From Synechococcus sp. (GTDB lineage: Bacteria > Cyanobacteriota > Cyanobacteriia > PCC-6307 > Cyanobiaceae), in the NCBI GenBank assembly GCA_047285535.1, contig JBJBDC010000001.1, forward strand, positions 800,136-864,135: a stretch of DNA of 64,000 nucleotides, in the 5' to 3' direction. Positions 52,384 to 62,575 of this stretch are shown here, in pieces; within the stretch, counting starts at the first letter, position 1, and each line of letters opens with the position of its first letter. The notes below the pieces were generated by a model that ran no database searches, had not been told where the DNA came from, and saw only the letters and a program-made list of their open reading frames with translations. The position numbers and the translations under genes were made by a program.

Positions 52384-52457
52384 TCGGAGCGGCGGGATTT
52401 GAACCCACGACCCCCACTACCCCAAAGTGGTGCGCTACCAAGCTGCGCTACGCCCCG
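52384..52457 (-). tRNA. trnP: tRNA-Pro (GGG)
   Basis: CGGGGCGTAGCGCAGCTTGGTAGCGCA-CCACT-TTGGGGT-AGTGG-GGGTCGTGGGTTCAAATCCCGCCGCTCCGA, 74 nt, CCA not encoded. Confidence 0.98.
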
Positions 52458-52471
52458 GCGATTTGAAGCTA

Positions 52472-52819
52472 TCACAGCGCATTCCCTACTTTCTTGAATC
52501 GTCTGATCCGTTTCAAAAGCCGTTCTGTCAATAATTCACGCGGGTCACTGCTGAACCCCCAGAGGTGCATATTTCTTGCAAGGGTTCGAAGCTCTTGCAT
52601 CGACATTGAAGCCAGCTGCAGCTCCGGCAGAGTGCGCCAAGCTCTGCTGGTCAAAGGCATTGCCGAGCGACTAGGCAGCTGATTCAGAGAAAGGGTGCCA
52701 TCAGCCAACCACTCAGGAATGAGCACAACCAAAACGGCAATCAAGCCATACAGCTCGACCAATCCCTTGGGTAAGGGATGCAGCCGGCGACGCTGGCGTG
52801 GATCAGGTGAGGGCGACAC
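52472..52819 (-). CDS. Hypothetical protein
   Basis: LHPLPKGLVELYGLIAVLVVLIPEWLA TM segment; GTG start. Confidence 0.7.
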   Translation of the reverse strand: MSPSPDPRQRRRLHPLPKGLVELYGLIAVLVVLIPEWLADGTLSLNQLPSRSAMPLTSRAWRTLPELQLASMSMQELRTLARNMHLWGFSSDPRELLTERLLKRIRRFKKVGNAL

Positions 52820-52885
52820 GAACCTCTGGATCTGACTTGAGGGTTCTAAATAACCGCAATTTCATTTTAAAGCCTCCATTTGTGA

Positions 52886-53047
52886 TCAAATCGCCAAGGT
52901 GCTTGAACTGGGTGAAGGTTGGTCTCGCCAGAGAAATGGCTGTGAATTCTTTGCATTTGGCCTCAAGCTGAAGATCAAAACAAACACCAAGACAAGGGTG
53001 AGAGCGATGGCCCCCATGACGACCCTGTCAGGCAATGCGTTATTCAT
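52886..53047 (-). CDS. 53-aa single-TM protein (below the ORF-track cutoff)
   Basis: MNNALPDRVVMGAIALTLVLVFVLIFSLRPNAKNSQPFLWRDQPSPSSSTLAI*; ATGA overlap with the msrA stop. Confidence 0.65.
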   Translation of the reverse strand: MNNALPDRVVMGAIALTLVLVFVLIFSLRPNAKNSQPFLWRDQPSPSSSTLAI

Positions 53048-53772
53048 GAGTTTTCGATCAAGGGAATTGGATTATTATCTCCGCGCAAAACACAATGACT
53101 GACTGACCAGTCGTAATGACTCCAGACAGAGCCTGGAAGTTTGTAGTTCGCGCCAGGGAAGTCACCAAGCAACACACCACTTGGCATCGCTGAGCAATAG
53201 GGCCTGCTGCCTGGTCGGGCCAAATACTGTTGGTGATACTCTTCGGCTCTAAAAAAAACTTGATCAGCCGCAATTTCTGTTGTGATGTTGTTTCCTCCGC
53301 GTTTTTTCAATTCTGATTCATACCAATTGCGACTTGTTTTTGCGAGCTCAGCTTGATGATCTGTGAAGGTATAGATCGCTGATCGATATTGACTGCCTCT
53401 ATCGTTGCCCTGACGATCACCTTGGGTTGGATCATGGCATTCCCAGAACAGTTTCAGGAGATCACTGAAGTCAATAGCTGTGCTGCTCCAGACCACACGC
53501 ACGACCTCTGAATGTCCGGTACGCCCGCTGCAAACTTGTTCATAGCTTGGATTTTCAACCGCACCGCCTGCGTAACCAACAGCTGTTGACACCACACCTG
53601 GCAGTCTCCAAAACCCTTTCTCTGCCCCCCAAAAACAACCGCAGCCAAACAAAACCTCCTGCTGATCCTCCATCAGCGGAGCGTTCAGAGCAGTGCCGAG
53701 AACAACGTGCCGACCTTGATCGCTGGACTGCGGTGAAGACGTCGATTGTCCTGTAAGCCAAGAGGGCAGCAT
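53044..53772 (-). CDS. msrA: Peptide-methionine (S)-S-oxide reductase
   Basis: GCFWGAE, GYAGG, TGHSEVV, QYRSAIY, AEEYHQQY. Confidence 0.96.
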   Translation of the reverse strand: MLPSWLTGQSTSSPQSSDQGRHVVLGTALNAPLMEDQQEVLFGCGCFWGAEKGFWRLPGVVSTAVGYAGGAVENPSYEQVCSGRTGHSEVVRVVWSSTAIDFSDLLKLFWECHDPTQGDRQGNDRGSQYRSAIYTFTDHQAELAKTSRNWYESELKKRGGNNITTEIAADQVFFRAEEYHQQYLARPGSRPYCSAMPSGVLLGDFPGANYKLPGSVWSHYDWSVSHCVLRGDNNPIPLIENS

Positions 53773-53796
53773 TGCAACAAAGCCAATGGCGAAACC

Positions 53797-54048
53797 CTAG
53801 GCACCAGATTTGGGTTCGAGCTGGATGTGATTCAGCAATGTCGTAACGAACGCAAACAGTAGAAAGGGCAAACTCAACACAAGAATCAGGCCAACACCGA
53901 CAAGAGCGAACAGAGGCTTTGATGAACCCATGAGAGCAAGCCCTGAGGCCAAACTCACAAAGATCACAGCCATCCAGGCCAGAATTTGACCATAAATGTC
54001 ACCGAAAGTGAGGGTGCAGCGCACCGCGAAGGGAGAGCTGGAAGACAT
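53797..54048 (-). CDS. Small two-TM hypothetical protein
   Basis: CTLTFGDIYGQILAWM...PFLLFAFVTTLLNHI. Confidence 0.75.
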   Translation of the reverse strand: MSSSSPFAVRCTLTFGDIYGQILAWMAVIFVSLASGLALMGSSKPLFALVGVGLILVLSLPFLLFAFVTTLLNHIQLEPKSGA

Positions 54049-54124
54049 CGCAAGAAGCTTTTGATCCAGCTAAGCCCCGAACGCCTGATTTGTCGTGATT
54101 TTATGGATAAGCGTTTCATGATGT

Positions 54125-55876
54125 TCACGCCACCGCATCCAAACGTTCTGCGGCTTGTTCCCTATCCCAAAGGCTGCGGTAGGGCCCCTGAACAGACATG
54201 AGTTCGTTGTGATGCCCCTGTTGCACAAGCCTTCCTTGCTCCAAGACCAGAATCCGATCACACGCCGCAGCGGCCGATAGCTGATGGCTGATCATCACAA
54301 TCGTGCGTTGGGTTTGCCGGCGAACAGAAGCGAGGATCTCTGCAGCAGTGTTGTTGTCAACACTGGCCAAGGCGTCATCCAACACCAGCAACGGTGAAGT
54401 CATCAATAGAGCCCTACCCAGTGCCGTGCGTTGGCGTTGCCCTCCGCTCAGCGTGATTCCCCGCTCACCAACCAACGTCTCAAAACCATCGGGAAAACCC
54501 TTGATGTCATCCAGCAAGCGGGCTTGCTCTGCTGCTGCTTTCACCCGATCCATTCCAGCGTCTGGATCGCCATAGCGAAGGTTGTCGGCAAGACTGCTCG
54601 TAAACAGATAACCCTCCTGAGGAACGAGCGCGATTTGCTGCCTCAGATCTTGAAGTCGCAATTTCGTGAGATCGCAACCATCAAGAAACAACTGGCCCTC
54701 TGGGACTTCCACCATGCGTCCAAGCGCGCGAGCCAGGGTTGTTTTTCCACAGCCGACTGGACCCACAACAGCGACCAATTCGCCCGGTGCAATGTGGAAG
54801 GAAAGCCCCCTCAGCGTGTCTTGGTCGCTGCCGTCGTAACGAACATGCAAATTCCTTGCTTCCAGTGCACCCTGCGTACGGTCTTGGAGATTGGCCGGCT
54901 CCGATGGATCTCCAATTCGAGGCTGACGAGACAGCAGCTCTTCAACTCGCTCCAGGCTGACCTGGCCCGTTTGGAACGTGTTGAGGGTGAAGCCAAGCAG
55001 GGCTGTCGGGAAGACCAAGCGTTCCACGTACAGGATCAGCGCAACCAATCCACCAATCGAGAGAGTTCCACGTTCAAGTTGTCCACTCCCTAGAGCAATC
55101 AGCAATAAAAGTGAGATGGAAGAAATTCCTTCAAGCAAAGGGAAAAGGGTGCTGCGGGTGCGGGCCAAACGAATTGCTGAATCCCTGTAGCTTTTATTCC
55201 GCGTTCCGAACGCATCAAGCTCCGGTGCCTCTTGCCCGTAAATCTTGATGGCCGCAATACCGGAGAGATCCTCCTGAATGAGTTCACTAAGACCTGCAAG
55301 ATCCTCCTGTTGACGCCGTTGTTGACGCATCATTCGGCCACCAAATAAGCGCACCGCCCCAAGCATCACTGGATATAAAGAGATCGCAGCAATGGTCAGT
55401 CCTGGATCAATGGCCAACATCGCAGGCAGGGTGAAGGCATAAGCCAAACCTGTGTTGGTCAGGCTGAGTACCGCAAAGCCGAGAAGTCTTCTGACATTTT
55501 CGACGTCACTGGTGGCTCGACTGATGATTTCACCACTTCCGGTCTGCTGCACCCAGCCAGGTTCCTGGAGCAACATCTGGTCAAATACTTTTTGGCGTAA
55601 TTCCACCTCAACCTGCCGCCCTACTCCAAACACCAATTGGCGAGAAATAAGCCTCGCAATGCCCATGCTCGTCGCCAGCAGGACGATCAAGCCGGCCTGA
55701 CGCAGAACATCAGCAATCGCAAATCCATCTTGCAAATCATCAATCACTCGCCTCACTTCAAATGGGATCGTGACGCTGAGAATGTTCACCAGAACCAGAG
55801 TCAGCGCTCCCAGGACGACCGTGCGTCGGTGCGGCCTCAGATAGCGACCGATTAAATCGAGACGGAGGGCAGCCAT
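54125..55876 (-). CDS. ABC exporter, fused permease/ATPase
   Basis: TM domain, GPVGCGKT, LSGGQRQR, LVLDD. Confidence 0.93.
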   Translation of the reverse strand: MAALRLDLIGRYLRPHRRTVVLGALTLVLVNILSVTIPFEVRRVIDDLQDGFAIADVLRQAGLIVLLATSMGIARLISRQLVFGVGRQVEVELRQKVFDQMLLQEPGWVQQTGSGEIISRATSDVENVRRLLGFAVLSLTNTGLAYAFTLPAMLAIDPGLTIAAISLYPVMLGAVRLFGGRMMRQQRRQQEDLAGLSELIQEDLSGIAAIKIYGQEAPELDAFGTRNKSYRDSAIRLARTRSTLFPLLEGISSISLLLLIALGSGQLERGTLSIGGLVALILYVERLVFPTALLGFTLNTFQTGQVSLERVEELLSRQPRIGDPSEPANLQDRTQGALEARNLHVRYDGSDQDTLRGLSFHIAPGELVAVVGPVGCGKTTLARALGRMVEVPEGQLFLDGCDLTKLRLQDLRQQIALVPQEGYLFTSSLADNLRYGDPDAGMDRVKAAAEQARLLDDIKGFPDGFETLVGERGITLSGGQRQRTALGRALLMTSPLLVLDDALASVDNNTAAEILASVRRQTQRTIVMISHQLSAAAACDRILVLEQGRLVQQGHHNELMSVQGPYRSLWDREQAAERLDAVA

Positions 55877-56086
55877 GCCTGGTGCAGAACAAACATCAAC
55901 CTAGGCAGTCCTCTCCTTGTCAAGTGGAGGCCTTGGCAACCACAGGACACGGTGGAGCTGGGTGTTGATCGATCTGGTAATTGAGACTTTTGTGAGTAAT
56001 AGTGGAGATGTCCCCATCACCCGGCCCGGCGTGCATCAGCACACCGGGCTTTTTTCTGACCAGACTCCTTCGATTGCACTTCCCCG

Positions 56087-57133
56087 ATGGTCACTGCCTC
56101 AGCTCCATGGCCCCAACTCCTTGAACAGCTATTCGCTGGCCAGGTTCTATCCAAAGAGGACGCCTCAGCCTTAATGGAAGCTTGGCTGGTGGAAGAACTC
56201 ACTCCAGTGCAAACAGGGGCATTCCTTGCCGCTCTGCGTGGAAGAACAATTCAAGGATCGGAGCTTTCCGCAATGGCTAAGGTCCTGCGTAAAGCTTGTG
56301 CGTTGCCAGGCCCTCGACCAGACCTTGCGCTTGTCGATACCTGTGGTACCGGAGGAGACGGGGCCAACACATTCAATATTTCTACAGCGGTGGCATTCAC
56401 AGCGGCGGCCTGTGGTGCCAATGTCGCCAAACATGGCAACCGCAGCGCTAGCGGAAAGGTTGGCTCTGCAGATGTCCTGGAAGGACTGGGATTACAGCTC
56501 AACTCCCCCATGGAAACCGTCGTAGGAGCTTTGGCTTCATCAGGAGTCACCTTTTTATTCGCACCGGCATGGCATCCAGCCCTGGTGAACCTGGCTCCGC
56601 TGCGTCGCAGCTTGGGAGTGCGAACAATCTTTAATTTGCTTGGTCCCTTAGTGAATCCACTCACACCGGAAGCCCAAGTGCTTGGTGTAGCCAATGCCGA
56701 ATTATTAGATCCCATGGCTGAGGCTTTGCAAGAACTCGAGCTGAATCGAGCCGTTGTGGTGCACGGGTCTGGAGGACTGGATGAAGCATCCCTCCAAGGC
56801 CCCAATCAATTGCGCATCCTTGAAAATGGATTCGTGCGTTCTGATCAACTCCACCCCTCTGACTTTGGCCTAACTCCTGCTCCTCTCGAGGCGTTACGAG
56901 GTGGGGATTTGGTCACCAATCAACAGATGCTTGAAGCCGTTCTCAAGGGAGAAGCGCCTCATGCTCATCATGACGTCGTTGTTCTCAACACTGCCTTGGT
57001 CCTATGGGCGGCAGGAGTTCAATCCGATCTTGCTGTGGGGGTCAAAATGGCTTCGACAAGCTTGCATGAGGGTGAGCCTTGGCATCGACTTGTGTCTCTG
57101 CGTCAGGCCCTGGGGGGTCGCAAGGAAGAATGA
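56087..57133 (+). CDS. trpD: Anthranilate phosphoribosyltransferase
   Basis: [34 protein letters not shown]. Confidence 0.96.
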   Translation: MVTASAPWPQLLEQLFAGQVLSKEDASALMEAWLVEELTPVQTGAFLAALRGRTIQGSELSAMAKVLRKACALPGPRPDLALVDTCGTGGDGANTFNISTAVAFTAAACGANVAKHGNRSASGKVGSADVLEGLGLQLNSPMETVVGALASSGVTFLFAPAWHPALVNLAPLRRSLGVRTIFNLLGPLVNPLTPEAQVLGVANAELLDPMAEALQELELNRAVVVHGSGGLDEASLQGPNQLRILENGFVRSDQLHPSDFGLTPAPLEALRGGDLVTNQQMLEAVLKGEAPHAHHDVVVLNTALVLWAAGVQSDLAVGVKMASTSLHEGEPWHRLVSLRQALGGRKEE

Positions 57134-57164
57134 AGGGGATCTTGCCCGTCCATCGCTTCTGCTG

Positions 57165-58304
57165 ATGACCGCTACTCATCCATTCACGGCGCGTCTGGTC
57201 CTGCATGACGGAACGGTCCTAGAAGGCTTTGCCTGCGGTCAGCGAGGAAGCGTCATTGGCGAGGTGGTATTCAACACGGGAATGACTGGATACCAGGAAG
57301 TGCTTACCGATCCCAGTTATGCCGGCCAGCTCATCACCTTCACGTATCCAGAGATAGGCAATACGGGGGTCAATCCTGATGATCAAGAAGCAGATCAGCC
57401 CCATGCCCGTGGATTGATTGTGCGGCAGTTGGCTCCTCAACCAAGCAACTGGCGGAGCCAACAGTCCCTTCCAAAATGGATGGAGGAGAACGATGTGATT
57501 GGAATCCAGGGTGTCGACACCCGTGCTTTGGTGAGGCACCTTCGTGCATTGGGACCAATGAACGGGGTGATCAGTAGCGACGGTCGTTCAGCTCTGGAGC
57601 TTTTGGAAGAACTGAATCAGGCCCCTTCGATGGAGGGACTGAACCTTGCCGATCAGGTTTCCACCCGAACGCCCTATGTCTGGAGCGAGCCATGTCGCGT
57701 AAGTTTTGATCAACGACTTCAGAAACGCCCTGATCGCCCGTATCGCGTTGTAGTTCTTGATTTCGGCATTAAACGAGCCATCTTGAATCGGCTTGTCGGG
57801 CATGGCTGTGAACTCATTGTTTTACCAGCCAATACGACGATCAACACCGTGCTGTCCCATGAACCTGAGGGCGTTTTTCTGTCCAACGGACCTGGGGATC
57901 CAGCGGCTGTGAAATCTGGGATCAGGTTGGCACGCGCTTTGCTGGAGCAACGCCATTTACCGATGTTTGGGATTTGTCTTGGTCATCAAATCCTGGGACT
58001 TGCCCTAGGCGGCAAAACCTTCAAACTGGCCTACGGCCATCGCGGTCTGAATCATCCATGTGGCAGCAGTGGACACGTGGAAATCACGAGTCAGAACCAC
58101 GGATTTGCTCTCGACGCAGCCTCATTACCTGCGGATCAAGTTGCAGTGACCCATCTCAATCTGAATGACAGAACGGTAGCCGCAATGGAGCATCGGGATC
58201 AACCCGTGTTTGGCGTTCAATATCACCCTGAAGCCAGCCCTGGCCCCCATGATGCTGATCATCATTTCGCCCGATTTACAACCTTGATGGCTGATCGCCG
58301 CTGA
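57165..58304 (+). CDS. carA: Carbamoyl-phosphate synthase small subunit
   Basis: [34 protein letters not shown]. Confidence 0.97.
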   Translation: MTATHPFTARLVLHDGTVLEGFACGQRGSVIGEVVFNTGMTGYQEVLTDPSYAGQLITFTYPEIGNTGVNPDDQEADQPHARGLIVRQLAPQPSNWRSQQSLPKWMEENDVIGIQGVDTRALVRHLRALGPMNGVISSDGRSALELLEELNQAPSMEGLNLADQVSTRTPYVWSEPCRVSFDQRLQKRPDRPYRVVVLDFGIKRAILNRLVGHGCELIVLPANTTINTVLSHEPEGVFLSNGPGDPAAVKSGIRLARALLEQRHLPMFGICLGHQILGLALGGKTFKLAYGHRGLNHPCGSSGHVEITSQNHGFALDAASLPADQVAVTHLNLNDRTVAAMEHRDQPVFGVQYHPEASPGPHDADHHFARFTTLMADRR

Positions 58305-58318
58305 ATCGTGGTGAGAAC

Positions 58319-58735
58319 GTGCCCATCTCACTATTATTTGCTCCAACAGAAATCCGGGGGATTGGTCCCATTACTGAACTGCAGCGATTAACCGTTTCGC
58401 TTCGGGGTGGCTTCGAGCAAAAACGTGACTGCGTGGTGTTTCATTTCACTGGTCAGCTTGATGCCTATTCCGAGAGTCAGTTCATGACCTACGTGACTGA
58501 TGTCCTTAAAACGAACAAGTCACCGGCCGTGATTGACCTCGTCAAGATTGATTTCCTTGACTCTTCTGGGCTTGGCGTTCTTGTGCAGGTTGCCAAGCAG
58601 TGCAAAGACAGCAAAAGGCGTTTCGCGGTGGTGGGAAATGCTCGCGTGATTCAAACCGTCAAACTTGTACGACTTGAAGACTTTCTCCACTTAATGGAAA
58701 ATCTCGAGGAAGCTGTTAACAAACTTGCAAGTTGA
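58319..58735 (+). CDS. STAS-domain anti-sigma-factor antagonist
   Basis: GQLDAY, IDFLDSSGLG; start uncertain. Confidence 0.85.
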   Translation: MPISLLFAPTEIRGIGPITELQRLTVSLRGGFEQKRDCVVFHFTGQLDAYSESQFMTYVTDVLKTNKSPAVIDLVKIDFLDSSGLGVLVQVAKQCKDSKRRFAVVGNARVIQTVKLVRLEDFLHLMENLEEAVNKLAS

Positions 58736-59139
58736 GCGATTGGATTCGCTTCCAGTCTTCGCAAGCACCCGATCGAGATTTGGGTTCTTTGCAACTGGCC
58801 TGGCTAGGAGACGCCGTTTGGGAACTGCATCAGCGACTTAAATTCTGCAAAACCCCGGGGCGATCGCATGATCTTCATCAGGCTGTGGTTTCTCAAGTGC
58901 GGGCCGATGCACAAGCCAAGGCCTTAGAGAAACTTGAACCATTTCTGACCAATCAGGAACTGGATCTTGTCAGACGAGGACGCAACAAGGCTGGTCGAGG
59001 CCCCAAGGGTGGGGATGCAGGTGTGTATGGCAGAGCAACAGGATTTGAGACAATGGTGGGCTGGCTCTTTCTGCAAAATCCAGCGCGGCTTGCGCAGCTC
59101 TTGGATCGCCTCGAGGAGACCGACAACGCCCTGTCATAA
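58732..59139 (+). CDS. mrnC: Mini-ribonuclease III
   Basis: LAWLGDAVWEL, RRGRN, ATGFETMVGWL. Confidence 0.88.
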   Translation: MSDWIRFQSSQAPDRDLGSLQLAWLGDAVWELHQRLKFCKTPGRSHDLHQAVVSQVRADAQAKALEKLEPFLTNQELDLVRRGRNKAGRGPKGGDAGVYGRATGFETMVGWLFLQNPARLAQLLDRLEETDNALS

Positions 59140-59150
59140 CAACCCATTCC

Positions 59151-60692
59151 ATGAGCTCACGATTCGAACGCCGCCCCTCCCAAGGTTCTGGCAGCGGCTC
59201 AGGTGCACGCGGTCGTCGTCCTTTTCGCGATGGACCACCGCCTATGCGTCGCGATCGCGATGCAACATGGAGTGGACGCTCTGAGGCTGGGAACTCAGGC
59301 CGTCGCTTTAGGGATTCTCGCTTTGATGAGCGTCGCTCTTCAGATCAACGTTCTTCTTCCCGTCGCCCCACTGACCGCAGATCACCGGAGCGCAGATCAA
59401 CAAACCGTCCCCCCTCTGATCGACGTCTCTCAGACCGCAGGACTTCAGCTTTGGATTCGAGTTCTACTGACCGCAGGCCCTCAATTGATCGGCGTTTCTC
59501 TGAAAAGCGTTCATCTGAAGGCCGTGTTGCGGAAGGCAGTTTTTCGGAACGTCGCTCTCGAGAGTCCAGTCCGAGAGATCGAAGCCCGTCCTTTGATCGC
59601 CGATTCCCTAATCAAACCAATGGAGATCGACGACCACATTTTGAAGAGCGACGTCCCTACAACTCTGCCAAAAACAAGCGCTCATCATCACCACGACAGG
59701 AAGATAAGCCGCGTGGTGAGTCCAGTCCGCATGCCGCTGACCCCGTAGCCGATGATCTGCTCTGGGGTCGACATGCCACACAAGCTGCCTTGGAAGCCTG
59801 CAGACCGATTCATCGAATCTGGTGCACCTCTGAACTACGTAGTTCCTCAAAATTCCTTCAGCTTCTAAAAGAGGCCAAATCCTCCGGAGTGTTAGTTGAA
59901 GAAGTCACCTGGGCAAGACTGGGACAACTGACTGGTGGAGCTGTTCACCAGGGCATTGTTTTACAGACTGCAGCAGCAGAAACCTTTGATTTAGGAGATC
60001 TGGTGCAAGGGTGCAGCTCCTTGGGAGAAGCGCCTCTGTTGTTAGCTCTTGACGGCCTGACTGATCCCCAAAACTTAGGTGCGATTGTCCGTTCAGCGGA
60101 AGCGCTCGGAGCACACGGCGTCGTTCTTCCGCAAAGACGAAGTGCTGGATTGACTGGTTCTGTAGCCAAGGTTGCGGCCGGAGCACTGGAGCATCTACCT
60201 GTCGCTCGTGTCGTGAATCTCAATCGTTCCCTTGAAACCTTGAAATCAGCTGGTTATCGGGTGATCGGATTGGCAGAGGAAGGTGACCTCACCCTCGAAG
60301 AGGTGGATCTGGACGGCCCTCTTGTCATCGTGACCGGCTCAGAAGGCCAAGGCCTGTCCATGTTGACGCGTCGTCATTGCGATCAGCTGATTCGCATTCC
60401 CTTGAGAGGGGTAACTCCAAGCCTGAATGCATCGGTTGCAACAGCACTCTGCATGTATGAAGTTGCCCGTCGAGGTTGGATGAAGGGAATTAAGGGGCAG
60501 AATCCATCCCCAAGAATCACCAGGCCTCAGTTAAGTGGATCCTCACCTTCACCCGACAAGGTTGATCCCCAGCCCGTGGAGGAAAGCCTCAAGGATCAGC
60601 CTTCCGAGAGGGTAACGGTCAGTCTTGATCTCGAGAGAGAAGCTTCTCCAATGTCAGGATCTGAGGCTTTTGGAGTGAGTATTGATCTCTAA
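59151..60692 (+). CDS. rlmB: 23S rRNA (G2251-2'-O)-methyltransferase with an Arg/Ser-rich N-terminal extension
   Basis: HQGIV, DPQNLGAIVRSA, GSEGQG, SLNASVA. Confidence 0.92.
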   Translation: MSSRFERRPSQGSGSGSGARGRRPFRDGPPPMRRDRDATWSGRSEAGNSGRRFRDSRFDERRSSDQRSSSRRPTDRRSPERRSTNRPPSDRRLSDRRTSALDSSSTDRRPSIDRRFSEKRSSEGRVAEGSFSERRSRESSPRDRSPSFDRRFPNQTNGDRRPHFEERRPYNSAKNKRSSSPRQEDKPRGESSPHAADPVADDLLWGRHATQAALEACRPIHRIWCTSELRSSSKFLQLLKEAKSSGVLVEEVTWARLGQLTGGAVHQGIVLQTAAAETFDLGDLVQGCSSLGEAPLLLALDGLTDPQNLGAIVRSAEALGAHGVVLPQRRSAGLTGSVAKVAAGALEHLPVARVVNLNRSLETLKSAGYRVIGLAEEGDLTLEEVDLDGPLVIVTGSEGQGLSMLTRRHCDQLIRIPLRGVTPSLNASVATALCMYEVARRGWMKGIKGQNPSPRITRPQLSGSSPSPDKVDPQPVEESLKDQPSERVTVSLDLEREASPMSGSEAFGVSIDL

Positions 60693-60747
60693 TTTCAACG
60701 AAACGCCTTGCAGCAAGGCACAATGATTTGACCTCGACAGCTCTTGC

Positions 60748-60993
60748 ATGAGCCCCCTGATCAGGCCCCTGCGCAGTCTCGCCAACGGTCTCGGCTTCGC
60801 ATGGTGGGCGCGTGTCCACACGCACGGACCTGATGTCACCTATTGGTTCGGTCCATTTGTCACAAAGAGCGGCTTAGAAAAGGTTCTGCCTGCTTTTCTT
60901 GAAGATCTCTCTTCAGAAGCGCCCACCTCTTTGGATCATTCGATTCTTCGCTGTCGTCGATCCGAACCCTTCACGATCAACGCTCAGGGATGA
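60748..60993 (+). CDS. DUF1816 family protein
   Basis: [20 protein letters not shown]. Confidence 0.85.
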   Translation: MSPLIRPLRSLANGLGFAWWARVHTHGPDVTYWFGPFVTKSGLEKVLPAFLEDLSSEAPTSLDHSILRCRRSEPFTINAQG

Positions 60994-61030
60994 AACTGAT
61001 AGCGTCATTGCTGGAAATCAAATCCTGCAG

Positions 61031-62494
61031 ATGGCGATTGCCGAGTGGCGTCAGCAACTAGAAAATGGTGATGTATCTGCCAGGGAGCTGACCGATCATC
61101 ATTTGGCTCGAATTGAGGCCATTGATCCAAGCGTTCATGCCTTTCTAGAGGTCACAGCTGATCGAGCTCGCGCCGATGCCGATCGGATTGACGAGGCTCG
61201 AGCAGCAGGCGAATCGCTACCTCCACTTGCGGGAGTGCCCATTGCCATCAAGGACAACCTGTGCACGAAGGGAGTTCGGACGACCTGCTCCAGTCGGATG
61301 CTGAAGTCTTTTGTTCCGCCTTATGAATCGACAGTCAGTGATCGACTCTGGCGTTCCGGGGCAGTTCTGATCGGGAAGACCAATCTTGACGAGTTCGCCA
61401 TGGGCGGATCGACTGAAACCTCTGCTTTTGGTCCAACAGCCAATCCCTGGAATACGGACTACGTACCTGGAGGTAGTTCTGGCGGAAGTGCTGCAGCTGT
61501 TGCGGCAGGTGAATGCATGGCTTCTCTCGGGTCTGACACCGGTGGATCGATCCGACAACCAGCTTCCTTTTGTGGTGTTGTTGGCCTGAAGCCCACCTAT
61601 GGCCGCGTGAGCCGCTACGGGCTGGTGGCTTTTGCAAGCTCACTGGACCAAGTAGGTCCTTTTGCCACTTCAGTTTCCGATGCGGCTGAATTGCTACAAG
61701 CAATCGCTGGGGAAGATTCGCGAGATTCAACCTGCCTGAAAGCCCCTGTACCCAATTACCGCAGTGCCATTGGTCGCTCTATCCAAGGGCTCCGGGTCGG
61801 GGTGGTTCGAGAATGCTTTGAGCAGGAAGGATTGGACGCTGAGGTCAAAGCCTCAGTGCTTGGCGCTGCCGATCAGCTGCAGTCACTAGGAGCCGAGCTC
61901 GTGGATGTCAGTTGCCCACGATTTAACGACGGCATTGCCACCTACTACGTCATTGCCCCATCAGAAGCATCAGCCAACTTGGCGCGTTACGACGGAGTGA
62001 AGTACGGCTTCCGTGCCGACGATGCTTCCAGCCTTGCTGCCATGACGGCACGCAGCCGAGCCGAAGGGTTCGGCAGCGAGGTTCAACGTCGAATTTTAAT
62101 TGGCACCTATGCCCTCTCAGCAGGATATGTGGAGGCTTACTACCGCAAAGCTCAGCAGGTTCGAACCTTGATTCGTAAGGACTTCGAGACAGCCTTTGCC
62201 TCCGTCGATGTCTTGTTGACACCGACCGCCCCATCCACTGCATTCGCCTCTGGAACACACGCGGATGACCCCCTAGCGATGTACCTGGCGGATCTACTCA
62301 CCATTCCTGCCAACCTTGCTGGACTACCAGCCATCAATGTTCCTTGCGGTTTCGACAACAAGGGATTGCCGATCGGTCTTCAACTCATTGGCAATGTGCT
62401 TGAGGAATCTCTGCTGCTCCAAGTCGCTCACCAGTACGAGCAGTCTGCAAATGTGATGATGCAGCGCCCGAGGGGGAGTTTTGTTCCAGCCTGA
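61031..62494 (+). CDS. gatA: Asp/Glu-tRNA amidotransferase subunit A
   Basis: [32 protein letters not shown]. Confidence 0.97.
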   Translation: MAIAEWRQQLENGDVSARELTDHHLARIEAIDPSVHAFLEVTADRARADADRIDEARAAGESLPPLAGVPIAIKDNLCTKGVRTTCSSRMLKSFVPPYESTVSDRLWRSGAVLIGKTNLDEFAMGGSTETSAFGPTANPWNTDYVPGGSSGGSAAAVAAGECMASLGSDTGGSIRQPASFCGVVGLKPTYGRVSRYGLVAFASSLDQVGPFATSVSDAAELLQAIAGEDSRDSTCLKAPVPNYRSAIGRSIQGLRVGVVRECFEQEGLDAEVKASVLGAADQLQSLGAELVDVSCPRFNDGIATYYVIAPSEASANLARYDGVKYGFRADDASSLAAMTARSRAEGFGSEVQRRILIGTYALSAGYVEAYYRKAQQVRTLIRKDFETAFASVDVLLTPTAPSTAFASGTHADDPLAMYLADLLTIPANLAGLPAINVPCGFDNKGLPIGLQLIGNVLEESLLLQVAHQYEQSANVMMQRPRGSFVPA

Positions 62495-62575
62495 GCTCAC
62501 CAGCTTCAACCCCTGCATCTAGCGTTTTAGGAGATTGACACCGCTGCATCTTGCGGATGCGCTTAGTCTGGTCGC

